From Phoronis australis (taxonomy: Eukaryota; Animalia; Phoronida), in the NCBI GenBank assembly GCA_002633005.1, contig NMRA01000236.1, positions 155,263 to 219,262 on the forward strand: a stretch of DNA of 64,000 bases, read 5' to 3'. Shown in pieces: positions 48,520-61,000 of this stretch. A program made the translations under genes and the position numbers. The stretch's first letter is position 1. Each line of letters opens with the position of its first letter. Below the pieces are notes generated by a model. It saw only the letters and a program-made list of their open reading frames with translations, made no database searches and had not been told where the DNA came from.

Positions 48520-51500
48520 TAGCCACCCGACCCACAACAAATTGCAACAAAAGGTTTTAGAGTGGTTTTATGTTTTACTGGGTATACTTATGAACAGGAA
48601 AATGTCTACCAAAATCTGACCAGCGGAAATGGGTTAAAACTGGGTCATTTCCAAGATGGCCGCCAAGACGTTTCGAAATCACTAAAAATAGATATAACTT
48701 CTGCAATAATTGTGATAGAGACATAATTTTTGGTTTTACTCTCTATGGTTTTAAGGGGTGAACAAGTCACTTGTGTGGCTACAATTACGATATGATCAGT
48801 ATTTGATATGAAATTCAAGATGGCGGCTAAAATTAAAGAACGAAAAATCACCCGGATTTGTCCGTTAATATCTTATCCCTTATAACGAAAGTATCATTAG
48901 ATATGACTGGTTTCTGATTGAATGATCTTAAAACATTTAGATTTTACTAAGATCTGACTGAACTATTTTAAAATATGAAAATTACGTTTATATTAAAGCT
49001 GTCAAATATTCAATCCAAAGCATTGGTTTGCATAAAAGTAGCAAAAAATTGTCTAGTGTATATTTGTTAGCCACTGGTTTTTATTTGAATAATTCACACA
49101 AGGAAACTAGAGGCCCAGGGCAAAATGTCAACATCTGCCTGAAGTGTCCCACAATCAGCCGCAATTGTGCAGATCATTGACAATCTTGAGAAGAAGTCTA
49201 AACTTAGTACACAATCCAAAACGAGTCAGTTGTGGCTGGTCTGAAGATGCTTCATACTGTTCGGGTAACGGTCAAGGCAAATCCCACTCAGTCTTGGAAT
49301 GATCACTTGCAAGCTGTTGGTGCAGTCGGAGACCACAACTACCTGAAATCCACTTACCTCTACATACAGGTGTACGAGAAATAGAGGCTGATATGGAGAG
49401 CAAACATCCAGATGTGTATGCGAAGTTTCAAAAATGGCTTTCGCCTGATTCGGCGAACAAACCAGTTTTGGGCAGCTCTCAGCTGTGATCTAGCAATTGA
49501 AAAAAATACTTAATGCCATCCCTAAAAAGCACAGGCGGCTTGACTCATGGCAGTAAGATGACAGAGGAGCAGCGAACATTGTGGACAATGTCGGTCCCGG
49601 TAACGTCAGAGGTGAACATCGCGTTGCAGAACTTCAACGATCTCAAGTACTCAATATGCAAACAACACAATGGAGCAACTGATGCTAGAATTGATAGAGA
49701 TGCTTGCGACGTTGCCAAGATATGCACAAAGCTCCCCCATCTTGAGAGATTCCAGGCAAGGTGGTCTTTTTTGCCTAACTAGCTTTTATAGGGTCTGATA
49801 ATGTTCGTAATTTGTTTGATATACACTAAACTGGATGTCATATTGCCATACAACTATGTACTGGTTGGTTGAGTTAATAAATGTTTCACCAAGAAAAAAA
49901 GATATGCACAAAGCTGACCGCAATTTCACCCCTCTCCTCAGACCTTGCGGTAGCAATGTCATCAATTATGTTGTCGCCAACGCACACGTCAACGTGCATA
50001 GATATGAATCTGTTGGGAACAAAATCGTTGAGAGAATGGCTCGACAACCTGTTTTCTTTCTCTTTTAATAGGAGCGACAAAGTTAAGACCCTGAGAGACG
50101 CAGCAGCTGCCCAGGTTGGTTCTGACGGAATCATCCATCCTAGCTTATTCTTCCAGCGATTCCTGGAAGTATCACGGTCAGATGACTTGTCGCTTGAGGA
50201 AGTTGTGAGTTTCGAGCTCAGTCCATACCCACCGTCACTCTATGAGGAGAACCTGATCTTGAGGAAGGCTGAAATACTTCAACTGGCTCAAGCCGTTTAT
50301 GACCGCTGTTTCAATGCCCATGCACGTGATGGCGCACCAAACTCCATACCTTCAGAACGTCCTCAGACTAAAAGGTATGTGTTTTATGTGGGATCTTTGA
50401 TGCACAAGCTCAAATGGAAGAATAGAGATACGTATGGAAAAATTGCCGTTGTATACGCTGTCTTCACTGCAAAGCACCATAAGGTAGCCACTGTGGCCTT
50501 TGATGGCTATGGTACAGGTACTTCGATAAAGGATAACACTCAGCAGAGGCGGAGACAGACCAGCAGCTATCCGACTGTGAACTTCGCCGGTGAAACGGCA
50601 TTTCTGTCCGTCGGCAGTAGCAAGCAACAAGTGATCACCTTAAAAAGTGACCAGCTGCCGTTCAGGCAGAAGGGGACGATGGTGTGGACATTGCAAAGAC
50701 AGCAGTAAGCAGTATAAAATGCATTCCACCACAGTAATTGGCGAGGACACTGACATGTTGATGCTTATGCTCCATTACTGTATGGCTGAAGGGAAACCAC
50801 TATTTTTCAGTCGAGAACCAATCTGAAAGTTCACGACATAAATTGAACGAGGTGTGAGTGCTCAGGAAAACGTTGACATGTGTACCCAGCTACTATTCCT
50901 GCACTCCTTCATAGGATGCAACTCAACATCTCGTGTATATGGCGTTGGAAAGAAATCAGTACCTCAGAAACTCGTGAAAGATAACCAAGTCCCCCAGTCA
51001 CGTGCAGACACAATCGCCACGAAAGGCGTGAGCCCCGATGAAATTGAGAAACTTGGCAGCCAAGCGATGTTAGCGATGTTTGGTGGAGAGAGCACGTGTT
51101 CTCTGATTGCCATGCATTACAACCTATTCAAAAAGAAGCTTGCTGCTGATAAGTTTTTCGCTACTCCCAAAAGTCTTCCATCAACGGAATCAGCCACCAG
51201 GTTACATTGGATGGGGATGGCAAATGAGCTGAATCTTATAGGGTGCGGCTGGAGACTTGAACAGTATCAAGTCGTATCCATCGTATCTGCCATGAATGCT
51301 GCACCAGACACTCCTGAAGATGATACAATGCAACTGTACCACAGCTTGTACGCCCGGTTGTAGTTGCAGAAAGAATGGGCTTGCATGTACATCTACATCA
51401 TACGGATTGTGCCTTACGACCTATTGTGACAATCTACTAAATCAAGTTTCTGAGGAATTTGAAGACACTGATGAGGATTGAACTGAGGCAGTATGCATAC

Positions 51501-54088
51501 GTGTAATGAACGTAAAACTCTTGGATGAAAATGTAATCAATCGTTCGTGCGTCATGTCGACTAATAAATGCTTTACTGGCACCTGGTGTTCAATCATTTT
51601 GAGACTGACAGATGTCTTTTAAGTAAAGAAGAATTTTTGCTGGTTTAAGTTATTGAGCATAATACAACCTATACCTTGGTACTCATTCTTTGTCAGTGCA
51701 TTCCAAACGCTGTAGTTCATTAGATTGCACTCAGGACACGTTGTAATTAACCCCAAGTAACTCGTTCTCAGCACTTGAAAACAACACCTTTACTACTCAA
51801 AATGTAGCATTTTTATTAAACAACCCTTGAAAACATACTTCTGAGTAAACTGATTACCAAGTGTCACCATCCTTGATGATTACACTTAGTATAATTATGT
51901 AGGCAAATTTAGTATTGAGTTTTTGAGCTATAAAAGTATCATTCCTGTCCTGGAGTGAAAGCACAGTGTATCATTATATTTTTATGGTGTACTGACAATA
52001 TATTGATATGCATATGTGCAAAATTTCGTGCAATTTTAATGAACGTTTTTCGAAAAAATAAAGGTTAAAGTTCGAAACGTTCGTTTTGACCACCCGACAT
52101 AATGGAAATCGGTGATTTTTTGTTCTTGAATTTTAGCCGCCATCTTGAATTCCATATCAAATACTGATCATATCTTAATTTTAACCACACCAGTGAGTTG
52201 CTCACCCCTTAAAAGGGGATTGTAGTCAAAATAATGTTGCAATTAATCGGTTCTAACATACAAATAAAACTCACATTTGCCTGACTTGCGTGCCAAACAA
52301 AAGCCAATTCGAATTCATGGTCAAAACACTGAATTCTGAAAGCGATCGCTGATTGGCTGATGTGTCAGTGACGTGAACGGCGGGGTATCGGCTGCTTTGC
52401 ACATTCATTGCTTATGTCATATTTGAAGAGTTTACATCGTAATTTATCATTGTATCAATCGTCCTTATTTTTTTATTGTTTGCCACAGTGCTGTAAAAGG
52501 TTCGCTATGCCTTTTTGTATGGCACCTGGTTGCTCAAACTCTTCGAAAAAGGCGTCTTCTAAAGGGATGGTCATCGCATACCATCGCCGGGTTACCCAAG
52601 CCTTGGCCCAAAGCTCAGTGTATACTAGATATAGGCCTACAGGTTTAAGCCGATATGGGTAAAAAATGTGCAAATAAAATCTGACTCAAATAAATGTCAT
52701 TAAAACTAAGTCATCCTTGAGTAAACCTAGGAAACAGGTTCCTAGAGTAAACTAACTTCTGTATTTACCGGTGTTGGAAATGTTAGCGATCGTTCATCGG
52801 CTTGTGCTAGTAAAATTGTGATGTGTTTTCTTGAGTCGGCTTTTTGCGATTACGTCACCTGACCTTTACCAGTTTCTTTTCCCCCTGATTCTTTTATCAT
52901 GTGTTCGTCGCTGACGGTACCTAGATTGCGTACATGTTATAACAAATTATCGGAGCTTGTTTCATTTTGTTTCAAGTTTTTAGTATTTTTACACCAGCAA
53001 ACCGAATTTTAGAACAACCTTGGTGCTGCGAAGCTGTTATGATGTCCCGAAAGACGTCTCAAATTTTTATGAAATGGCGCGTGCGCCGTGTCACGAGCGT
53101 ACTGTTCTTGAAACGGACAACACACTTCTTTGTTAAAAAGGCGGCAAATTATGCTACCAAAGGACGTTTATTTGATTGTTTTCCACTTAAACGGCTGCAA
53201 CGAACAATGGAAGTGTCGGGTGACTATATCAGATTTTGCATGCGCCCCCGCCGGTCCGTTAGCTTTATATGTTGATGTAGCCTAAGTTTTACGACGAGGT
53301 GACGAGCATAACTGAGTCAACTATACCCGGGTAGTCAACGGCTGTCTGAAATTTCGGGGTTAACGGAGCTCAACACACAGTGGTACGATAGTCTTCATAC
53401 AGGTACAGTCGGTAACTTACCAACCCTTCAAGTTTACAGAGCTGCCGGAGTATTGGCTGACAACTGGCTGACTGGATGGCTAGAGTCCACATTGCCCTCG
53501 GCACAGTCACTGACACCAGTTACACCGGCAAATTTTCGTCTGACGCTGACGATGACTAGGTATCACTTTGTGTTGCCTCGGCTCAAACAGGTATCCCTTG
53601 TGACCCGAAATTTCACACTAAAATTTCTTATTCCGACAATATAAAAAACGCTACTTGATTGCACGCTAACACAGGACAGTGACTTTGCCCCCGCCAAATA
53701 CGTCACGAGACTAAGCAGCGCTCCAAGCCGGTAATTTTTTGAGCTTCGTTAGAGAATATAAGTTTAATTTTTGGTGTTGAATTATTTGGGAAATTAATCA
53801 ACAATTCATAGAAAACTATCCAGAATTTATTCAGAATAAAATACAGTTCCCTTTTAAAACCATAGACTAGAACCAAAAACAATGTCTCTCTCACAATTAT
53901 TGAAGAAGTTATATTTGTTTTTAGTGATTTCGAAACGTCTTGGCGGCCATCTTGGAAACGTCCCAGTTTTAACCTATTTCCACTGGTCAGATTTTGGTAG
54001 ACTTTTTTCCTGTTAATAAGCATACCATGTAGAGCATTAAACCACTGTAAAACTTTTTGCTGCAATGTGTTGTGGGTCAGGTGGTATA
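48520..54088 (+). mobile_element. Decayed AcademX-type DNA transposon with ~330-bp TIRs; right TIR split by a nested element
   Basis: Left TIR 48520-48850 (TAG start) pairs with 52110-52212 plus 53854-54088. Frameshifted transposase 49200-51480: SLKSTGGLT, FELSPYPPSL, VAFDGY...SIKD, EDTD, XPG-like LLFLHSFIGCNSTSRVYGVGKK, and Cys finger CNCTTAC...CSCRKNGLACT. Confidence 0.82.
52213..53853 (+). mobile_element. Kolobok-like non-autonomous element nested in the Academ TIR
   Basis: TTAA TSD (52209-12, 53854-57); short TIR AAGGGGATTGTA / AAGGGAACTGTA; THAP-finger N-terminus MPFCMAPGCSNSSKK...IAYHR at 52508. Confidence 0.78.
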
Positions 54089-54669
54089 TTGATTCGTTAA
54101 AACGTCTTTGCTGCTGAATACGAAGACAACGCAAAGCGTTTTAAAGATCGGGGAATTCCAATGAAAATTCAATGAAATCTGGAAGGCAAGTGACACTCAT
54201 AAAGTTTTTAATAGGGGAGTTTTCGTCAGACGATTTCATTAACTCTAGCCATGTTGCCATGGAAACAAGAAACTCAAGAAAACTCCGGCAAGATCACGCA
54301 AGAGATATCCCCATACATAAAAAGAAAGCACGTGATCACACAAACTATAATTGAATTGCAAGAGTTTTACGACTGCGGAATGCAGCTCTTGTCACTCGGC
54401 GAGCACGAAGTTTGCAGCCGTGACAATGTTCACAGATGAATGAAATGTGTTTGAAACTCAGTGGTCGTTTAGCACAACCAAAAGACCATGGGAATGAGCT
54501 AGAAAAGTGTGGTGTTTTACTAGGCTCTCAGTTACCTAGAGTCAGTGAAGTGGATTTCTATGGAATGCATCGATTTAATCTGTCGTTGTTACAACAGCTG
54601 CAAGTAAAAAGAGCAGTTGTCACCTTAAAAATCATTAGGAATGTGCGAATGTTACATCGCTCAACGAGA

Positions 54670-54825
54670 CCCGCCTCCGTTCAGTAACGCTAGGACCTCA
54701 CTAAAAAGCAAGACTTCGCGAGATTACGTGAGATATTGCCGTGGATTTTAAATGAGAACACGTGATCTTGACTAGATTTTAGCTAGGTCCTAGCGTAGGT
54801 CCTAGCGTCTACTGAACGCACGCCC
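54670..54825. mobile_element. Short MITE with CGTTCAGTA.CGCTAGGACCT inverted ends
   Basis: CGTTCAGTAACGCTAGGACCT versus AGGTCCTAGCGTCTACTGAACG. Confidence 0.6.
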
Positions 54826-54982
54826 GGATTCACTGGCAGAGTAGTGTAGTGCGGTCACGTGTTTCCCTTACAAGACATATATATATATTTAACAGAAACT
54901 GACCTGTTCTGACGTAATACTAGCTTTACTGCAGCACCCCTGACATAGTCTTCATAATAACACTATGGTGTTTATTACCAAC

Positions 54983-55095
54983 CTGCTTGTCATCAGCACA
55001 TTCTGCCTGAAGACTGAAATCCTCTTCACCATCATTCTCGCTACTGTACTCCAGACTAAATGACTTAGTTTCTGAAAAATATGTCTTCATACTTC
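54983..55095 (-). CDS. 2CARD gene exon 5 (acidic linker GSMKTYFSETKSFSLEYSSENDGEEDFSLQAECADDKQ)
   Basis: Acceptor tttcag|, phase-1 start matching exon 4, donor CAG|GTTGGT (alternative G|GTAATA 4 nt later); no homology evidence. Confidence 0.55.
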
Positions 55096-58000
55096 CTGAA
55101 ACCACGTTGAGCATGTACGCAGGAGCGTAACTTCTGAGGAGGTGTAGGGGGTGTGGCACCCCCCACTCCCTATATTTTTCGATTTAGTGGGTCAAAAGCA
55201 GAAAAAGTAGGGCAACGACAGAAAAATTGGGCAAACCGTTCCATTCAAACATTAAAGGCGGTCAAGTTTGGAAACTATGCAAAAGCTTGTACCATGCGGA
55301 CTTTTTTGATTCTTGGTCCGTTTTTCCTACATGCAGAGCGTTTGCTCAGTTGTCATTTTATTGTAACCAGTAAGAAACAAATGATAAGACCGCGATGACG
55401 TTGCTTTGGTGTTTTGAAAGCTTTCGTCGGGGTATAAAATATGCCGAAGGTTGCGTAAGAATAGTAGCGAAAAAAAACAAGTATCCCTAGAAAAGTCCGA
55501 AATATTGGCAATCAAATACCAATGACCTCAACGTGTTTCTGAAAAAAAATCAGAAATTTGCGAACTCTCGTAAAATCTTGCCTACTTTCAATTCCAAGCA
55601 ACTTAAAACAACAAAAAGGTTAACAAAAAGGATTCGGCGTCAATGACTCACTGCTGTTACATCTCGCACTCAACACGAGCCCTGGCAACCGCGTCACTTC
55701 ACTGGTGAACGTAATTCAGATGAGAAAAAACTAGCACCCGGTAATATTTTGAGCACGTCAGTCAGATGGATTTTTGGAAAGACAGAAATCCAAAAATAAT
55801 GCTGCACCACCGCACCAATTTTCCAAAAACACAAACCAGAATCAACTATACCTTTTGGCCTAAGACATTTTCAAACTAACTCAGAACGTTCAAGAAGTGT
55901 TTCACAAAGCATTAATTTCAAGATTTAAGAGACAAGGGGGTGAGATTTAATCTCTGTACTCGAAACTCGACTAGATATTGTTCAGTTGCTTGGCCCGCAT
56001 CGCATTAACTTACAAATTTGTTCCGAATAATTCTGCCGGCGAGTTAAGATTATGGTCGAGTGCGGGTCTCAGTTTAATCTGAGTTCAGATATTCAATCCT
56101 AGGCCCTGGTCGTAGTTAATTTCTCTACATAGTAAAACATGCTTCAGATCCTTTCACAGTTATTAAATACCATTTTCCTGGCTTGCTGTTGTCAATTCAT
56201 CGGAGTTGAAGTTCAGTTTGGCGATGAACTTCCTGCCGGCAATTTCTTCTGCAAGGTGCCTGTGATCACACTTGACCAGAACTACCATGAACTTTTCAAA
56301 CCAGAGATCAGTTTGACGGTAGATGAACGTCAACAACAATCGAACGGCGCTCATGTTGCCGTTTCTGTCTTTCTCACGTTCTAGCTCTTCCCTAAAAGAT
56401 GAGAAAGAATATTTATTTTAAAATGGTTACAAATCCATCTCCCGTAAAACGTACTTTTTATTTGGAACACCTATCTCTACAAAACTGCTCTTAACCTTTT
56501 CCTTACCCACATTAGAGGTGATAACTCATACCTGTGCTTTGGAAGAACTGAGTTAGTTATTGCTAAAGATCAGACTCAATAAGTTTTCTTATCACGGCCT
56601 GTCATTGAATATGGCGGGCATGATCTCAACCACTATCCACAGCCAAAATCACTCCTCATCTCGGTGAGTAAGGAAAGACAAACTGAAATCAATTTTATAG
56701 TAGTAAGTGATCTAAGAGAAAAGTGTACGTTAAACTGAACACCCACGTCTCCAACATGAGCGCAGCATACCAAGCCTGATGGAGAGCTATTTTGGTGTCA
56801 CACGACTCATAAAACCATTTTCCCACTCTTTAACGGACACCCTCTTCTAAAAACAACTGTGTTTGTCTTCGTAAAATTTACATCGATACTTACATTATCA
56901 CAAAACTTTTCCAAAACCTTAATTTGATTTTTTGTAAATAACCGGGCGTATATGAGATGTTAGCCATATCACCAGCATACGGAAGACACAAAATATCCGG
57001 CGGCTGATTAACAGATACAGTGACCAACGTCTGTTCAGGTTGAAAATGAAACTACTCATTGTTAATAAAGGCATCCCAAGAGCACGTCTGCACTTTCGGA
57101 AATAATTCAAAAAAGGAGTACATATGCTACAATATGAGGCAGCACTATGTATTTGACACAATAGGGATTCCAAGTGGATCGTGTTTATCCCTTCCTTGCG
57201 TCTGATCCAATTATTAATACCTCATCTATTTTCTTCTCATTACCAACGCGATTCATTCTTACTTTACTGTACTCATCGACTTGACAAAGATTTGAATATT
57301 TTTCTCAATATATCGTATCCACTTTCTTTATAATAGACAACTTAAATTTCAAATATTTATCAGCTTCATAGTACTGTTTGTCTTTCTGCTTGCGTGAGTT
57401 TGTATTTATTGAATGTGTTGTAATTATATCTTTCCATGGTGCATTTTCTCAGTCTTTCCGGTGGCTGGTGCACCCTAGCAGAACTATTCAAGAAAATAAA
57501 AATGTGATACTGAATCACCGATGTTTAACTGTTGACTCAACAGAATAGAAATTGTTTAAAATGAATGCATGTTGAATGAAAATAGATATTTTGTGTAGTA
57601 TTTGACCCTTTCCAGTGCATTATGAGCCCTTGTAGTGGAATTAGTGAAAAGTGTGGTTAATGTTGAGAATCACAGTCTAACATGTTGAATGAAAAGGTCA
57701 ATTGTCAGAAGGAAAATGCACTTAGTAACCCATGGTTACACCAAATTTTTCAATTTTTGAGGTTTATAGAGCATTGCGGGGCCTCAAAAAGGTCTGTTCG
57801 TGTAAATAGGAGTTACATAAACAGAGTTCATTTTAAACAAAGACGGCATACCGAGCACGTTTGTGAGCGAAACTACCTGTTGTTATCGTTGATCAGTTTT
57901 TCAGACATGCAGAGGCTGAGAATACCATCGCCAATATCCACTTCTTTTTCGATGCTTGACGCTGTCACCCGTATTAATTCCACCTCCTGTTTGTAGTCGT

Positions 58001-61000
58001 CGGGTATTCCACTTGTCCCCTTCAGCAAGTTATAAAGTATAATGTAATCTAAACGGAAATATAGAGATATATGACATTTCTTTAATTCAATAATAGACAC
58101 ACAGCATTATGCGTATTTCCTGAACATAGGCATATGTAGCTTCTCGTAACTAGACTTGTAGTGAATAAATTTGTCGTTACAGGATGACAGATTTGAAATC
58201 CACTTTTTGTAGTTCTTTCAAAGTTTCAGTATCAGTGCGACAGAATATGTTAACTTCATACAAAATATATGTTTAAGCCACCAGCACGCCACCTGTGGTT
58301 AGATCACGTAACCTAACGAATGTCAGACTGAGCAGATTTCTGCCCCAACCGGGACTCGAACCCGGGATCTTTTGCTAACCGTGCAGAAGCTCTAGTCCAC
58401 TGAGCTATCGGAACCACATACCAAGAACTGCACGACGACACTTGGCTTACCTCACAATCCAACTGCTGCCTGGTGGTTTGGTAACTGACCCAATTATGTT
58501 GCACACCCAGCAGAATTAATGAGGAACATATTATTGCAACATTAAACAAACGTTTTAGGTTATAAATGTCACATTTCTTGTTCAATTTTCAAAATTCAAA
58601 AACCTAATCAAGTGTGCTTTTCACGAACCATTCAAAATGCTATTTACAAACTGTAAAACGAAAATTTGTACGTACTGTTGTCGCCCCTAGTATGTTTATG
58701 ATGGTTTCATTATCTAGAGAACGATAACATCAGCAGCCTGAAGCGATTTAATTAACCATAACAGCATACTGTCTTTTATCCGAACCGGTAAATTCTGTTG
58801 TCGAGTTGCCCAATCTCGACCGGTTGGGATGTCAACGTAGGTTTCTTTTCATGACTTGTGGAATACAGAAATCCAACCGGGTATTTCGCCCTTGAACTCC
58901 TGAGTATATATGAATATGTGACTCTTAAACCGGCGTGGAAATGCATATCGCAAGGATTTTGTAGTCTGGTCAGCACGCCGGTTTAAAAATTACATATTCA
59001 TATACAAAATACAATTGTCATGGGCGGCGCAGCACTGAAAAAAGTGGGTGGCTATAGCTCACCCCCCAAGACCATATGGTGCGCCGCCCATGATTGTTTG
59101 TTGAAGACTCGTACAGCGTCGTTTTTGAAAACGATAGGTTCGATTCGTGTTGGGTGAAACCCATTGTTATGACTCTTTTAACACGATGAATAAACGAATA
59201 TTACACATGATAATACCGTGGGCCGAAATGCGTTAACTTATAACAAAATCTGACGAATTGCCCAATGACTCATAACCGTGAAACTGTACAATGAATGCTG
59301 CTGCCAGTGGTGGGTACGACGAACACATAAACTCAAAGACCCCTGACTGATAAGTAGATTTCTTCAAGTTTGAACATTGCGACTCTTACTTGAATTAATT
59401 AGCGATTCGTGGGGCTTCCAGGGACACGTTTGAAATAAATAAGAATTCTACCAAGACTAGCGACACTTCGTTAAAAAGCGTATACCAAATCTGGTGCAAT
59501 TCATACAACAATGGATGTTCGGGATATCAGCACGATCGGCATAAACTCCAACTTATGCGAGCACTTGCTAAAAAAAACAACTTGTGCCAAATGTTACCAG
59601 TGTACGAGACACTGCATGTTTTGCTTGATCTTTTAACCGTGACGAAGCCAACAATTACCGTTAGTCAAGTTTTGTGCCATAATACCACAATCACGAAAGT
59701 TCAGTAATATGTCAAATGTTGCTCATTACAACGTACTTTTTGCTTCCAAAGACTCAATGAACGCTTGGAACCAGCGGTGATGTGACATACTTGTCAACTC
59801 TTTCAACAATTCCCTGCATGCTTCTGGATTAGAAATCTGCCCTTTATTAATTTTCTCTTCCACGTCTAAAAGCAAGAAATAGAGCCGGGTAATCAATTAT
59901 CAATAACAACAACAACAACTACGACAGCAACAACAACAACGACAACAACGACGACAACAACGACACTTATAATAATATTAACAATAATAATAATAAAACC
60001 TAGCGCAAAACGTATATTTGTTCTCCAGAAATGAATATAGCTCAATTTGCAATTTCTTCTTTCAAGCTTAGTATTTAGTCTTCTCAGAAGGATACCATCT
60101 GTAACGAGTATAAATGTACTCTGTCGAGATTTGAACAATCCAACAATTGTAAAATGGTCGTCCGTACCGCTGTTTCACTGTCCCTATATCCCCCCCGTCC
60201 CCATGTCCCCCAACCGATGTTCCCCCGTCCCGATTTTCCCCCGTCCCGATATTTCCCCGTCCCGATGTTCTCAGTCCCTACATGTGGGTTCCCCCAGCCT
60301 TACCCATATTTTTATATATTGAGAGTCAATTTCTTTGCGTTAATTATCTAATCTATTGCTAATTAAAATTGAAGACACTATGGCTGAAATGTGCATGAGG
60401 ATCCAGGCAAATCAGATGTAATTTTAACTATTGGAGGTGAAAAAAAAACTGGGTTTGCTTGTCATCTTTAATAAATCGCTTTACTTGAATTTCCATAAGT
60501 CTCAAACGTTGACCAAATATAATCTTAAGCACCCAGATTGTAAGACGAAAGCACAAACATACGCCACATATAATGCTTGTTTTCTCTTAGTGTTAAGTGG
60601 ATTTTTCGTTACCGTTTCGGCGCGCATGCACCAAAATATCATCCTTTTAAAACGCAGGGATTAAATTAATGACTGAGCAGGGGGAACATGGGGACGGTAG
60701 AAGATGGGACTGGTGGCACATCGGGATAAAGGACTTGGGACCGAGGAAACAAAGGGACGGGAGAACATTTGTTGGGAACATAGGGACGGGAGAATGTAGG
60801 CCCAGGAACAACGGGCCAACCCCGTAAAGTGAAACAGAGCTATGCGTTTTTATTTAGGAGTAAATAAATACACCTAATGCGATTGGTGGTGATATTGGTA
60901 GGGTTTCTACAGGTGACAGATGGAAATTAATTATGGTGCGACTTTAAAACAAACCTGGGAATTTATGCTACGAAAAATATTTGTACTGGTTTCTCTAGTG

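Noticed and set aside
49881-51481. Intact host gene (275-aa and 169-aa ORFs)
   Set aside because: Frameshifted, stop-interrupted pieces of one Academ transposase lying between TIRs.
56530-56683. Possible relic duplicated CARD exon (LSFLTHRDEE...)
   Set aside because: Needs a frameshift and contains several stops; the similarity is too short to support.
57451-57474. Walker A-like GAPATGKT on the minus strand
   Set aside because: A stop follows within about 9 codons, it lies in the intron between CARD2 exons, and such a motif is expected by chance.
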